Shown here in pieces: positions 25,301-40,300 of a stretch of 64,000 nucleotides of DNA. The notes beneath the pieces are model-generated. The model was not told where the DNA came from and did no database searches. It saw only the letters and a program-made list of their open reading frames with translations. The stretch spans positions 401,512,001-401,576,000 of the forward strand of contig OZ024741.1 in assembly GCA_964016885.1 (NCBI GenBank), given 5' to 3'. Position numbers and translations under genes: made by a program. Position 1 is the stretch's first letter; every line of letters starts with the position of its first letter. The DNA is from Eledone cirrhosa. Taxonomy: Eukaryota.

Positions 25301-28300
25301 GTAATTGATAGAGGGTTTTATCCTTGCAAGGTTCAATAAAATAAAATACCAGTAACGAGCTGGAGTGAATTTAATCAATTTTCCCCTCCTCCAAAATTAT
25401 TATTATTTTCATACCTTTGATGACATCAAATTTTGGGGTAAAAATTGCATCTTACACAATTAAAAAATACAATACTCTTTAAAAAAACGTTTTGATTTTG
25501 ATTTTGATTAAATGTTATATTTTTTTTCTTATTTTTTGTATTAAATTGCTATATTTTCCATACATCTTTACTATGTTTTTGTTGTCTTTGCATGAATAAC
25601 AGGTTACTGAAAAATTTAAATTAGAAACCATTATTCAATATATAATAAAGTCATTAAATATTGTTTAATAAACTTTATAGGAAATGTAATAGGTTCAGAT
25701 AGAGAAAAATAGCTGTAAATACAGTCGGTTGCTATAAATAGCTCAGAAAATTTAAACTGTAAAATGTAGGAAGTTTCTAAGCTCAATGGCTAGAGCACTC
25801 AGTTGGTATCTGAGATATATAAGGTCCAATTTCTCGTAGCGTCTGCTGGCAACGTTTTTCCTATGTATAGGTTGTCTTTCCCCAACTTTCTAAGCTATTT
25901 ATAGCAAACAACTTTATTTAAACTTATTTATTTGCATCTGAACATACTTTGTTTTCTATAAACTTAATAATCTCTCAGTACTTTGAATGTTCAAAGTTTT
26001 CATACAATAGTTTTATATATTTTATATATGATTAAGATGTACAAGATATATTAGAAAAGAATAATTATATATTTGCTCACAATGATATAATATGTAATTT
26101 TCGTTTCTTTTATTTCATTTCAGCCACAATTATTCCAACAACATCACCACAACCAACAACACAAACAGGTATGATGTATATATGTCATCAATGCTAGACT
26201 TACCTATAAGCAAAATAAACTACACCTCTCAGAGGACTCATTATTTTAAATATATTTTTACTTTATTATCAGTTTTTAATCTTTAACAGTAAATCATTGT
26301 TAGATATATATTTATATATCTATATCTAGGGCAGGTAAACTTCCTGAGATCCATGGACAAGTCCTCTACAGTGGTTTCTGTCCCTCATTATTGCTGCCAT
26401 GTTCTGTGTCTCCAAAAGACCAGTGTCTGTCGTTAGGGCATCAACATATGTCAACCTTGATCTCCCTCTTCCAGTGTGTCCATGCAGGGGCTCCCACAGG
26501 AGCACTGAGTGCAGTGTCAACTCTGGATGTCGGTGAGCATATCCAGTCAACCTCAGTGCTACTTTATTATTTACTCTTTATCATTAACATTGATATAAAA
26601 AATAATAAAATCGTATATAATTATTTTAAATTTTTTACCCAGTTATTTTTAGAGAAGGTCCTCAAATTTCATATAGCTTAGGGCCTAATCAGGTGAAAGT
26701 CCCACCCTGTATGTCAATAAGTTAATATATAATTACATAATTCTATTATTTCTATAATTCTACCATTTCTAAAGAGTTTCATATCTTCTCTTCTGTAGAA
26801 TCTTGGTGTGTATTTAATGATGGTTTAACAGATCAGACTTTAGTAAGGAACTGGGACATTACATTGTCAAGCAATGAAGAAAATAAAAATGATATTAGGC
26901 CAGGAGGAAAAGGTTGGAAACCAGCAGAAGATGATAAGAAACCTTTTGTTACCATTTTTGTTGGGGATTCTTTGAGGTATGGTGCATCAATACATCTGGG
27001 CAAAGCTAAAGATATCAAAAGTTTTGATGTTATTCTATCTGGAGGTGAAGACAATAAGAAATATATGGTAAGTTATCTGAAATCGTGACTATCTTTATTT
27101 TCTCAGCAGTAAAATATATGATTTTAATAAATTTTCTCATATATCATCATCATCATCATTTTACGTCAGTTTTTCCACACTTGCATAGTTTGGACAGGTA
27201 TTTTCAGTACAGTATCTCTCCATTAGTTGCATTTCTGTCACCTCTTCCGTGAGCTTTATTGATCTGAGATCACACTTGGTTAAGTTTGTGACATTATTAT
27301 TTAAATTAACTCAGCTGACTATATTAATTATGTATATTTAACTATCATTTAATAAATTAAAACATGGTCATGAATATTGGGTAATGACCAAAAGAATATG
27401 ATTGAAAATATAAGAGGACAAAATGGCCCTCTTTTGAGGAGTTATTGGTGTAATGTTACTCAATAGATGAGTGCTTCTGACAGGACCCACTGGAAAGCCT
27501 GCTTGAGGAGTCTGCCCACATGACACTCCAAGAAGTAGGTGGGCAAAGAAGAAAAAGAAAAAAACATGCTTTATTTGTTTCTGTTGTTTAATTTATTTAA
27601 AGAAGGAAATATTGATAATTATAATAGAGATAAGTTTAAGTTATTCATGAAATATAATAATAGTTTCATATTTTTATATCTCTACCAGGACAACTTAAAA
27701 GACAGTGTTGTTAACATTCCATTTGGTACGTCATCAACAATTGTAAAGATTTCTTTCAAAGGTGTCTCAGCACATTGTGATATAACTGTCACAGTTTCTA
27801 TAAATGGATGTTTTGAATCACAGAGTAAGTATTTCAATGAGTATTTCTCATCCTTGTTAACTTCATTTCTTGTAAGTAGCCATAGACCTACTAATGGAAC
27901 ATATCAAATCTTCCAAATGTAGCAGTTACAGTTCAAATTACTTTCTTTAGCATCTACATTACTCTATATTTACTGTTATATTTTCACAGTAAAGACTCTA
28001 CTTCACATAATTATCTCACATAAAATAGAATCTATGAGATTTTGATATTATATATTGTGAGATCAATACTTTAACATGAGTATGAGTGGCCAGTTATGGC
28101 CAGTTTGGACATAAAGAGGTGAGAGATTTCTGGCCGGATATGGGCAATTTAAATGCTAAAGGGTTAATTTCTTGTGTGCTTGCAATCTTTCCATTTGAAA
28201 TTTCAAATTCTTGCTATAACTAAACAATAAACCAGATAATTTTGGAAGTATATCAATGATTTTCTGTAAATGTGGTTTCAATTCTTCCATTTAATATAAC

Positions 28301-31300
28301 CCTCATTATCGTAACTTCTCTCTTTTTCTCTCACAGCAACAACTCCAGCACTAACAACAACAATGTTACCAACTACCACAGCTCTCCCAACAAGTATGTA
28401 TAAACAATTATTATTCAATAAAGGGTGGTGGGTTGGCAGTAATTGATAGAGGGTTTTATCCTTGCAAGGTTCAATAAAATAAAATACCAGTAACGAGCTG
28501 GAGTGAATTTAATCAATTTTCCCCTCCTCCAAAATTATTATTATTTTCATACCTTTGATGACATCAAATTTTGGGGTAAAAATTGCATCTTACACAATTA
28601 AAAAATACAATACTCTTTAAAAAAACGTTTTGATTTTGATTTTGATTAAATGTTATATTTTTTTTCTTATTTTTTGTATTAAATTGCTATATTTTCCATA
28701 CATCTTTACTATGTTTTTGTTGTCTTTGCATGAATAACAGGTTACTGAAAAATTTAAATTAGAAACCATTATTCAATATATAATAAAGTCATTAAATATT
28801 GTTTAATAAACTTTATAGGAAATGTAATAGGTTCAGATAGAGAAAAATAGCTGTAAATACAGTCGGTTGCTATAAATAGCTCAGAAAATTTAAACTGTAA
28901 AATGTAGGAAGTTTCTAAGCTCAATGGCTAGAGCACTCAGTTGGTATCTGAGATATATAAGGTCCAATTTCTCGTAGCGTCTGCTGGCAACGTTTTTCCT
29001 ATGTATAGGTTGTCTTTCCCCAACTTTCTAAGCTATTTATAGCAAACAACTTTATTTAAACTTATTTATTTGCATCTGAACATACTTTGTTTTCTATAAA
29101 CTTAATAATCTCTCAGTACTTTGAATGTTCAAAGTTTTCATACAATAGTTTTATATATTTTATATATGATTAAGATGTACAAGATATATTAGAAAAGAAT
29201 AATTATATATTTGCTCACAATGATATAATATGTAATTTTCGTTTCTTTTATTTTATTTCAGCCACAATTATTCCAACAACATCACCACAACCAACAACAC
29301 AAACAGGTATGATGTATATATGTCATCAATGCTAGACTTACCTATAAGCAAAATAAACTACACCTCTCAGAGGACTCATTATTTTAAATATATTTTTACT
29401 TTATTATCAGTTTTTAATCTTTAACAGTAAATCATTGTTAGATATATATTTGTGTCGACAAATGCCCAAAACTCCGAGTTGGTACCATCAATGTAGGCTC
29501 AATGAAAGGAAGAGCAGGAGAAATCGTAGAAATGCTAGAGCGAAAGGAAGTTGATGTATGCTGTGTGCAAGAGACTAGATGGAGAGGAGGGTCTGCTAGA
29601 GTCCTTGTAGGAAAAAGCCAGTGCTACAAATTTTTCTGGGTGGGAAATGACGATGGGATGGGTGGTGTAGGTATACTATTAGCTGACAAGTGGGTAGATA
29701 AAGTAATCTCAGTGTACAGGGTAAATGCAAGAATCATTAAACTCAGACTAGTCCTGAATAAGACAATTACCACAATAATATCAGCTTACGCACCCCAATC
29801 GGGGCTGCCAGACGAACTTAAGGATAGGTTTTACGAGTCCCTAATACACACTACTGCTCTAACAGACGACAAGGACTTCCTAATCATTGCAGGAGATTTT
29901 AACGGACACATAGGTAAACACTGCGACGGCTTCAATAGAGTACATGGAGGCCATGGAGTTGGCACAAGGAATGAGGAAGGATTCAGACTTCTAGAATTCT
30001 GCGACGCCAATGACATGTCGATATGTAACACAAACTTTAAAAAACCCGACAACCACCTGATCACCTATAGATCAGGGGAGCACTCTAGTCAGTTAGATTT
30101 TATCCTCATCAGAGGACGTGACAGATGGACGGTCGTAAACACAAAAGCCTTCCCTAGTGAGGAATGTACATCCCAACATAGCTTAGTTGTCAGCGACCTC
30201 ACGGTCAGAACTAGACGAGCCCTGAAACAGAGGCCAACCTGGAGAAGAAAGATCTGGAAGCTAAAAGTCCCCTCAACCAGTAACAGATTTAAAGATATTT
30301 TACTCAACGCCTACGACAGTAAAGAAGAACAGATAGAGACATTTAACGTAGAAGAGAACTGGGAGTTCCTAAAAAATAACTTACTAGAGGCGACGGATGA
30401 GGTTTGTGGCTGGAGTAAGACCTCAAGCAGGAGGAGAGTGACTTGGTGGTGGAACAATAAGGTAGATGAAGCAGTCAAGGCCAAGAGACAGGCATGGAAA
30501 GAATGGAAGAACGGGGGGAGCAGGGTACATTACATAGAGACCAAGAGGGAAGCTAGGCGACAAGTATACTTAGCTAGGAGGGAAGCAGAGGATAGAAAAT
30601 TCAAGCATGTTTTACAACGTGAGGACCAGAAACAGGAGGTATTCAAGATTGCGAGGCAGTGTGTCAGAGATAGTTGTGATGTCATTGGAGAGAAGTGTAT
30701 CCGGAATGATAAAGGTGAGCTTGCCCTCACAAGTGCTGAGAAGAAAGATGCATGGAAGAGTCATTATGATAGATTACTAAATGAGGAGAATGCATGGGAA
30801 GAAGAGACCCTACCCCACGTAGACCCTATAGAGGGACCAGCAGTACAAGTCAGCGGCAGCGTAGTAAGTAAGGCAATCAGAGATATGAAGATAGGGAAGG
30901 CAACCGGTCCATCGGGTATAGCTGCCGAGATGCTGAAGGCATCTGGGTCTGTAGGTCACACTATAACCACACGTATCGTTAACCAGGTAATACTAGAGGG
31001 GGCCATACCAAAAGATTGGTGCAGTAGCATCATTGTCAACTGCTACAAAGGTAAAGGCGATGCACTAGATAGAGGAAACTATAGAGGTATAAAGTTGATG
31101 GACCAGGTCATGAAAGTAACAGAAAGAGTTATAGCACAGCTGATTAGGGACCGGGTGAATATAGACGAGATGCAATTTGGGTTTGTTCCAGGGAAAGGCA
31201 CCACTGATGCGCTCTTCCTTGTGAGGCAATTACAGGAAAAGTACCTAGCTAAAAGTAAGCCACTCTACTTGGCATTTGTCGACCTTGAGAAAGCCTTTGA

Positions 31301-34300
31301 CAGAGTTCCACGTGCAGTAATCTGGTGGGCTCTTAGAAAACTAGGAGTAGATGAATGGCTTGTGAAAGCGGTACAAGCCATGTATAGGGGAGCAGTCAGC
31401 AAAGTTAGGATTGGCAATGAGTATAGCGAGGAATTTAGCGTACAGGTTGGGGTCCACCAGGGCTCTGTTCTTAGCCCTCTCCTGTTCATCATAGTCCTGC
31501 AGGCAATAACGGAGGAGTTTAAGACCGGATGCCCATGGGAACTCCTGTATGCTGATGACCTCGCACTCATAGCTGAATCTATGGTAGAACTAGAGAATAA
31601 ATTCCAAACCTGGAAGCAGGGACTAGAGAGAAAGGGCCTCAAAGTCAACATGACAAAGACTAAGGTCCTTATAAGTAGACGAGAAAACAGAACCCAGATC
31701 CCCTCAGGGAAATGGCCTTGCTCAGTATGTAGGAAAGGTGTAGGTAGGAACTCCATTCTTTGCCCCAAATGCAAACAATGGGTACACAAGAGATGTAGCG
31801 GGATCTCAGGAAGCTTAATTAAGAATGTAGGATTCACATGCAGCAGCTGTGCTGAAACAGCAAGCAAACAGCCACAGGAAACAAGTACCACCAATCTCTG
31901 GGAGGGCCCTGTAGAAACAGTAGACAGCTTCTGCTACCTAGGTGACCGAATTAGCAACGGAGGTGGGTGCTCAGAAAGTACAATAACTAGGGTAAGAACG
32001 GGATGGAAGAAGTTTAGGGAACTACTACCACTGCTAGCTGCAAAAGGCTTCTCCCTCAGAATGAAAGGCAGACTGTATGATGCGTGTATCCGAACAGCGA
32101 TGTTGCATGGTAGTGAGACCTGGGCGCTGAAGGTGGAAGACTTACGTAGATTAGAGAGAAACGAAGCCTGCATGCTCCGATGGATGTGTAACAGTAATAT
32201 ACGTGAACGACAAAGCATAAATGAATTGAGAGAGAGACTGAGCATAAGAGGAATCAAATGCTGCGTGCAGGAGAGGCGGTTACGCTGGTATGGACATGTG
32301 ATGCGTATGAAGGATGACAGCTGCATAAAAAGGTGCAGAGCACTAGAAGTTGATGGAAACCGCGGAGTGGGGAGACCCAAGATGACTTGGGATGAGGTGA
32401 TAAAAGCCGACCTTACCCAACTACACCTCTCAAAGTCAATGACACACGACCGTGACTTCTGGCGTCACGCAGTAATACAGGGTACCCGACCTCCCATGGG
32501 TACATGCTGAAGCATATAAACAATATGCCCCCCCCCCCCACCGCAAGGTGGTCGTGGAGGTGCCACGGCAAAAAAGCACCCAGCCCACACTGTAAAGTGG
32601 ACGTGTAGGTGCCACGAAAAAGCACCCAGCACTCACTGTAAATGAGGTTGGTGTTAGGAAGGGCATCCAGCTGTAGAAATCAAGCCAGATCAGTTCCTGT
32701 ATGAGCAAGGCATGGTCAGCCGACCAGACACTGCCCACAACAGGACAACCCGTCTAACCCATGCTAGCGTGGAAGAACGGACGTAAAACGGTGATGATGA
32801 TGATGATGATGATATCTATATCTAGGGCAGGTAAACTTCCTGAGATCCATGGACAAGTCCTCTACAGTGGTTTCTGTCCCTCATTATTGCTGCCATGTTC
32901 TGTGTCTCCAAAAGACCAGTGTCTGTCGTTAGGGCATCAACATATGTCAACCTTGATCTCCCTCTTCCAGTGTGTCCATGCAGGGGCTCCCACAGGAGCA
33001 CTGAGTGCAGTGTCAACTCTGGATGTCGGTGAGCATATCCAGTCAACCTCAGTGCTACTTTATTATTTACTCTTTATCATTAACATTGATATAAAAAATA
33101 ATAAAATCGTATATAATTATTTTAAATTTTTTACCCAGTTATTTTTAGAGAAGGTCCTCAAATTTCATATAGCTTAGGGCCTAATCAGGTGAAAGTCCCA
33201 CCCTGTATGTCAATAAGTTAATATATAATTACATAATTCTATTATTTCTATAATTCTACCATTTCTAAAGAGTTTCATATCTTCTCTTCTGTAGAATCTT
33301 GGTGTGTATTTAATGATGGTTTAACAGATCAGACTGTAGTAAGGAACTGGGACATTACATTGTCAAGCAATGAAGAAAATAAAAATGATATTAGGCCAGG
33401 AGGAAAAGGTTGGAAACCAGCAGAAGATGATAAGAAACCTTTTGTTACCATTTTTGTTGGGGATTCTTTGAGGTATGGTGCATCAATACATCTGGGCAAA
33501 GCTAAAGATATCAAAAGTTTTGATGTTATTCTATCTGGAGGTGAAGACAATAAGAAATATATGGTAAGTTATCTGAAATCGTGACTATCTTTATTTTCTC
33601 AGCAGTAAAATATATGATTTTAATAAATTTTCTCATATATCATCATCATCATCATTTTACGTCAGTTTTTCCACACTTGCATAGTTTGGACAGGTATTTT
33701 CAGTACAGTATCTCTCCATTAGTTGCATTTCTGTCACCTCTTCCGTGAGCTTTATTGATCTGAGATCACACTTGGTTAAGTTTGTGACATTATTATTTAA
33801 ATTAACTCAGCTGACTATATTAATTATGTATATTTAACTATCATTTAATAAATTAAAACATGGTCATGAATATTGGGTAATGACCAAAAGAATATGATTG
33901 AAAATATAAGAGGACAAAATGGCCCTCTTTTGAGGAGTTATTGGTGTAATGTTACTCAATAGATGAGTGCTTCTGACAGGACCCACTGGAAAGCCTGCTT
34001 GAGGAGTCTGCCCACATGACACTCCAAGAAGTGGGTGGGCAAAGAAGAAAAAGAAAAAAACATGCTTTATTTGTTTCTGTTGTTTAATTTATTTAAAGAA
34101 GGAAATATTGATAATTATAATATGATGTTGTTTACTCGAGAGAAGGCTACGTTGGTATGGACACGTGATGCGCATGAAAGTCGATAGCTGTATAACAAAG
34201 TGCAGGGCAATAAAGATAGACGGTAGTCACGGAATAGGCAGACCTAGAAAAACCTGGGACGAGCTGATAAACTCCGACATCACACACTTACACCTCTCCA

Positions 34301-37300
34301 AGACAATGTCACTGGACCGAGACCTTTGGCGGTACTCAGTAACAGAGAAGACCCGCCTTACCTAAATATATAGTAAAACCTACTCCAGCCAGTAGGCATC
34401 TCTAACAAAATACACCCCGTCGCACCACCCCCACCCCCACCCCATCCACACCACCCCGTTCTATGTAAAGTTATGTTGGTGCCGCGCCATCGAGGCCGAA
34501 ACAAATGAGATCGTGTAGGTGTCACGACAAAAAAACACACAGTCCACGCTGTAATGTGGCCGTGTAGGCAACACGGTAAAAACCTCCCAGACCCACACTG
34601 TAAATGTGGTTGGTGTTAGGAAGGGCATCCAACTGTAGAAAACCTGCCAGACAGTCCTATGCGAGCAAGACAATCACTCTTGCCTCAAGTGGGACTACCC
34701 CCGTCCAAACCCATGCAAGCGTGGAACACGGACGTTAAACGTTGATGATGATGATGATGATGATGAATAGAGATAAGTTTAAGTTATTCATGAAATATAA
34801 TAATAGTTTCATATTTTTATATCTCTACCAGGACAACTTAAAAGACAGTGTTGTTAACATTCCATTTGGTACATCATCAACAATTGTAAAGATTTCTTTC
34901 AAAGGTGTCTCAGCACATTGTGATATAACTGTCACAGTTTCTATAAATGGATGTTTTGAATCACAGAGTAAGTATTTCAATGAGTATTTCTCATCCTTGT
35001 TAACTTCATTTCTTGTAAGTAGCCATAGACCTACTAATGGAACATATCAAATCTTCCAAATGTAGCAGTTACAGTTCAAATTACTTTCTTTAGCATCTAC
35101 ATTACTCTATATTTACTGTTATATTTTCACAGTAAAGACTCTACTTCACATAATTATCTCACATAAAATAGAATCTATGAGATTTTGATATTATATATTG
35201 TGAGATCAATACTTTAACATGAGTATGAGTGGCCAGTTATGGCCAGTTTGGACATAAAGAGGTGAGAGATTTCTGGCCGGATATGGGCAATTTAAATGCT
35301 AAAGGGTTAATTTCTTGTGTGCTTGCAATCTTTCCATTTGAAATTTCAAATTCTTGCTATAACTAAACAATAAACCAGATAATTTTGGAAGTATATCAAT
35401 GATTTTCTGTAAATGTGGTTTCAATTCTTCCATTTAATATAACCCTCATTATCGTAACTTCTCTCTTTTTCTCTCACAGCAACAACTCCAGCACTAACAA
35501 CAACAATGTTACCAACTACCACAGCTCTCCCAACAAGTATGTATAAACAATTATTATTCAATAAAGGGTGGTGGGTTGGCAGTAATTGATAGAGGGTTTT
35601 ATCCTTGCAAGGTTCAATAAAATAAAATACCAGTAACGAGCTGGAGTCAATTTAATCAATTTTCCCCTCCTCCAAAATTATTATTATTTTCATACCTTTG
35701 ATGACATCAAATTTTGGGGTAAAAATTGCATCTTACACAATTAAAAAATACAATACTCTTTAAAAAAACGTTTTGATTTTGATTTTGATTAAATGTTATA
35801 TTTTTTTTCTTATTTTTTGTATTAAATTGCTATATTTTCCATACATCTTTACTATGTTTTTGTTGTCTTTGCATGAATAACAGGTTACTGAAAAATTTAA
35901 ATTAGAAACCATTATTCAATATATATTAAAGTCATTAAATATTGTTTAATAAACTTTATAGGAAATGTAATAGGTTCAGATAGAGAAAAATAGCTGTAAA
36001 TACAGTCGGTTGCTATAAATAGCTCAGAAAATTTAAACTGTAAAATGTAGGAAGTTTCTAAGCTCAATGGCTAGAGCACTCAGTTGGTATCTGAGATATA
36101 TAAGGTCCAATTTCTCGTAGCGTCTGCTGGCAACATTTTTCCTATGTATAGGTTGTCTTTCCCCAATTTTCTAAACTATTTATAGCAAACAACTTTATTT
36201 AAACTTATTTATTTGCATCTGAACATACTTTGTTTTCTATAAACTTAATAATCTCTCAGTACTTTGAATGTTCAAAGTTTTCATACAATAGTTTTATATT
36301 TTTTATATATGATTAAGATGTACAAGATATATTAGAAAAGAATAATTATATATTTGCTCACAATGATATAATATGTAATTTTCGTTTATTTTATTTTATT
36401 TCAGCCACAATTATTCCAACAACAACACCACAACCAACAACACAAACAGGTATGATGTATATATGTCATCAATGCTAGACTTACCTATAAGCAAAATAAA
36501 CTACACCTCTCAGGGGACTCATTATTTTAAATATATTTTTACTTTATTATCAGTTTTTAATCTTTAACACTAAATAATAGTTAGTTATATATTTATATAT
36601 CTATATCTAGGGCGGGTAAAATTCCTGAGATCCATGGACCAGTCCTCTACAGCGGTTTCTGTCCCCCATTATTGCTACCATGTTCTGTATCTCCAAGAGA
36701 CCAGTGTCTGTCCTTAGGGCATCATCATATGTCAACCTTGATCTTCCTCTTCCAGTGTGTCCATGCACGGTCTCGCACAGGAGCACTGAGTGCAGTGTCA
36801 ACTCTGGATGTCGGTGAGCATATCCAGTCAACCTCAGTGCTACTTTATTATTTACTCTTTATCATTAACATTGATATAAAAAATAATAAAATCGTATATA
36901 ATTATTTTAAATTTTTTACCCAATTATTTTTAAAGAAGGTCCTCAATTTTCATATAGCTTAGGGCCTAATCAGGTGAAAGTCCCACCCTGTATGTCAATA
37001 AGTTAATATATAATTACATAATTCTATTATTTCTATAATTCTACCATTTCTAAAGAGTTTCATATCTTCTCTTCTGTAGAATCTTGGTGTGTATTTAATG
37101 ATGGTTTAACAGATCAGACTTTAGTAAGGAACTGGGACATTACATTGTCAAGCAATGAAGAAAATAAAAATGATATTAGGCCAGGAGGAAAAGGTTGGAA
37201 ACCAGCAGAAGATGATAAGAAACCTTTTGTTACCATTTTTGTTGGGGATTCTTTGAGGTATGGTGCATCAATACATCTGGGCAAAGCTAAAGATATCAAA

Positions 37301-40300
37301 AGTTTTGATGTTATTCTATCTGGAGGTGAAGACAATAAGAAATATATGGTAAGTTATCTGAAATCGTGACTATCTTTATTTTCTCAGCAGTAAAATATAT
37401 GATTTTAATAAATTTTCTCATATATCATCATCATCATCATTTTACGTCAGTTTTTCCACACTTGCATAGTTTGGACAGGTATTTTCAGTACAGTATCTCT
37501 CCATTAGTTGCATTTCTGTCACCTCTTCCGTGAGCTTTATTGATCTGAGATCACACTTGGTTAAGTTTGTGACATTATTATTTAAATTAACTCAGCTGAC
37601 TATATTAATTATGTATATTTAACTATCATTTAATAAATTAAAACATGGTCATGAATATTGGGTAATGACCAAAAGAATATGATTGAAAATATAAGAGGAC
37701 AAAATGGCCCTCTTTTGAGGAGTTATTGGTGTCATGTTACTCAATAGATGAGTGCTTCTGACAGGACCCACTGGAAAGCCTGCTTGAGGAGTCTGCCCAC
37801 ATGACACTCCAAGAAGTGGGTGGGCAAAGAAGAAAAAGAAAAAAACATGCTTTATTTGTTTCTGTTGTTTAATTTATTTAAAGAAGGAAATATTGATAAT
37901 TATAATATGATGTTGTTTACTCGAGAGAAGGCTACGTTGGTATGGACACGTGATGCGCATGAAAGTCGATAGCTGTATAACAAAGTGCAGGGCAATAAAG
38001 ATAGACGGTAGTCACGGAATAGGCAGACCTAGAAAAACCTGGGACGAGCTGATAAACTCCGACATCACACACTTACACCTCTCCAAGACAATGTCACTGG
38101 ACCGAGACCTTTGGCGGTACTCAGTAACAGAGAAGACCCGCCTTACCTAAATATATAGTAAAACCTACTCCAGCCAGTAGGCATCTCTAACAAAATACAC
38201 CCCGTCGCACCACCCCCACCCCCACCCCATCCACACCACCCCGTTCTATGTAAAGTTATGTTGGTGCCGCGCCATCGAGGCCGAAACAAATGAGATCGTG
38301 TAGGTGTCACGACAAAAAAACACACAGTCCACGCTGTAATGTGGCCGTGTAGGCAACACGGTAAAAACCTCCCAGACCCACACTGTAAATGTGGTTGGTG
38401 TTAGGAAGGGCATCCAACTGTAGAAAACCTGCCAGACAGTCCTATGCGAGCAAGACAATCACTCTTGCCTCAAGTGGGACTACCCCCGTCCAAACCCATG
38501 CAAGCGTGGAACACGGACGTTAAACGTTGATGATGATGATGATGATGATGAATAGAGATAAGTTTAAGTTATTCATGAAATATAATAATAGTTTCATATT
38601 TTTATATCTCTACCAGGACAACTTAAAAGACAGTGTTGTTAACATTCCATTTGGTACATCATCAACAATTGTAAAGATTTCTTTCAAAGGTGTCTCAGCA
38701 CATTGTGATATAACTGTCACAGTTTCTATAAATGGATGTTTTGAATCACAGAGTAAGTATTTCAATGAGTATTTCTCATCCTTGTTAACTTCATTTCTTG
38801 TAAGTAGCCATAGACCTACTAATGGAACATATCAAATCTTCCAAATGTAGCAGTTACAGTTCAAATTACTTTCTTTAGCATCTACATTACTCTATATTTA
38901 CTGTTATATTTTCACAGTAAAGACTCTACTTCACATAATTATCTCACATAAAATAGAATCTATGAGATTTTGATATTATATATTGTGAGATCAATACTTT
39001 AACATGAGTATGAGTGGCCAGTTATGGCCAGTTTGGACATAAAGAGGTGAGAGATTTCTGGCCGGATATGGGCAATTTAAATGCTAAAGGGTTAATTTCT
39101 TGTGTGCTTGCAATCTTTCCATTTGAAATTTCAAATTCTTGCTATAACTAAACAATAAACCAGATAATTTTGGAAGTATATCAATGATTTTCTGTAAATG
39201 TGGTTTCAATTCTTCCATTTAATATAACCCTCATTATCGTAACTTCTCTCTTTTTCTCTCACAGCAACAACTCCAGCACTAACAACAACAATGTTACCAA
39301 CTACCACAGCTCTCCCAACAAGTATGTATAAACAATTATTATTCAATAAAGGGTGGTGGGTTGGCAGTAATTGATAGAGGGTTTTATCCTTGCAAGGTTC
39401 AATAAAATAAAATACCAGTAACGAGCTGGAGTCAATTTAATCAATTTTCCCCTCCTCCAAAATTATTATTATTTTCATACCTTTGATGACATCAAATTTT
39501 GGGGTAAAAATTGCATCTTACACAATTAAAAAATACAATACTCTTTAAAAAAACGTTTTGATTTTGATTTTGATTAAATGTTATATTTTTTTTCTTATTT
39601 TTTGTATTAAATTGCTATATTTTCCATACATCTTTACTATGTTTTTGTTGTCTTTGCATGAATAACAGGTTACTGAAAAATTTAAATTAGAAACCATTAT
39701 TCAATATATATTAAAGTCATTAAATATTGTTTAATAAACTTTATAGGAAATGTAATAGGTTCAGATAGAGAAAAATAGCTGTAAATACAGTCGGTTGCTA
39801 TAAATAGCTCAGAAAATTTAAACTGTAAAATGTAGGAAGTTTCTAAGCTCAATGGCTAGAGCACTCAGTTGGTATCTGAGATATATAAGGTCCAATTTCT
39901 CGTAGCGTCTGCTGGCAACATTTTTCCTATGTATAGGTTGTCTTTCCCCAATTTTCTAAACTATTTATAGCAAACAACTTTATTTAAACTTATTTATTTG
40001 CATCTGAACATACTTTGTTTTCTATAAACTTAATAATCTCTCAGTACTTTGAATGTTCAAAGTTTTCATACAATAGTTTTATATTTTTTATATATGATTA
40101 AGATGTACAAGATATATTAGAAAAGAATAATTATATATTTGCTCACAATGATATAATATGTAATTTTCGTTTATTTTATTTTATTTCAGCCACAATTATT
40201 CCAACAACAACACCACAACCAACAACACAAACAGGTATGATGTATATATGTCATCAATGCTAGACTTACCTATAAGCAAAATAAACTACACCTCTCAGGG

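Noticed and set aside
29502-32510. Prokaryotic RT system (retron, DGR, group II intron)
   Set aside because: APE-RT architecture, (GAT)n tails and 5' truncations are those of RTE LINEs. The repeated exons show no adenine-specific variation expected of a DGR.
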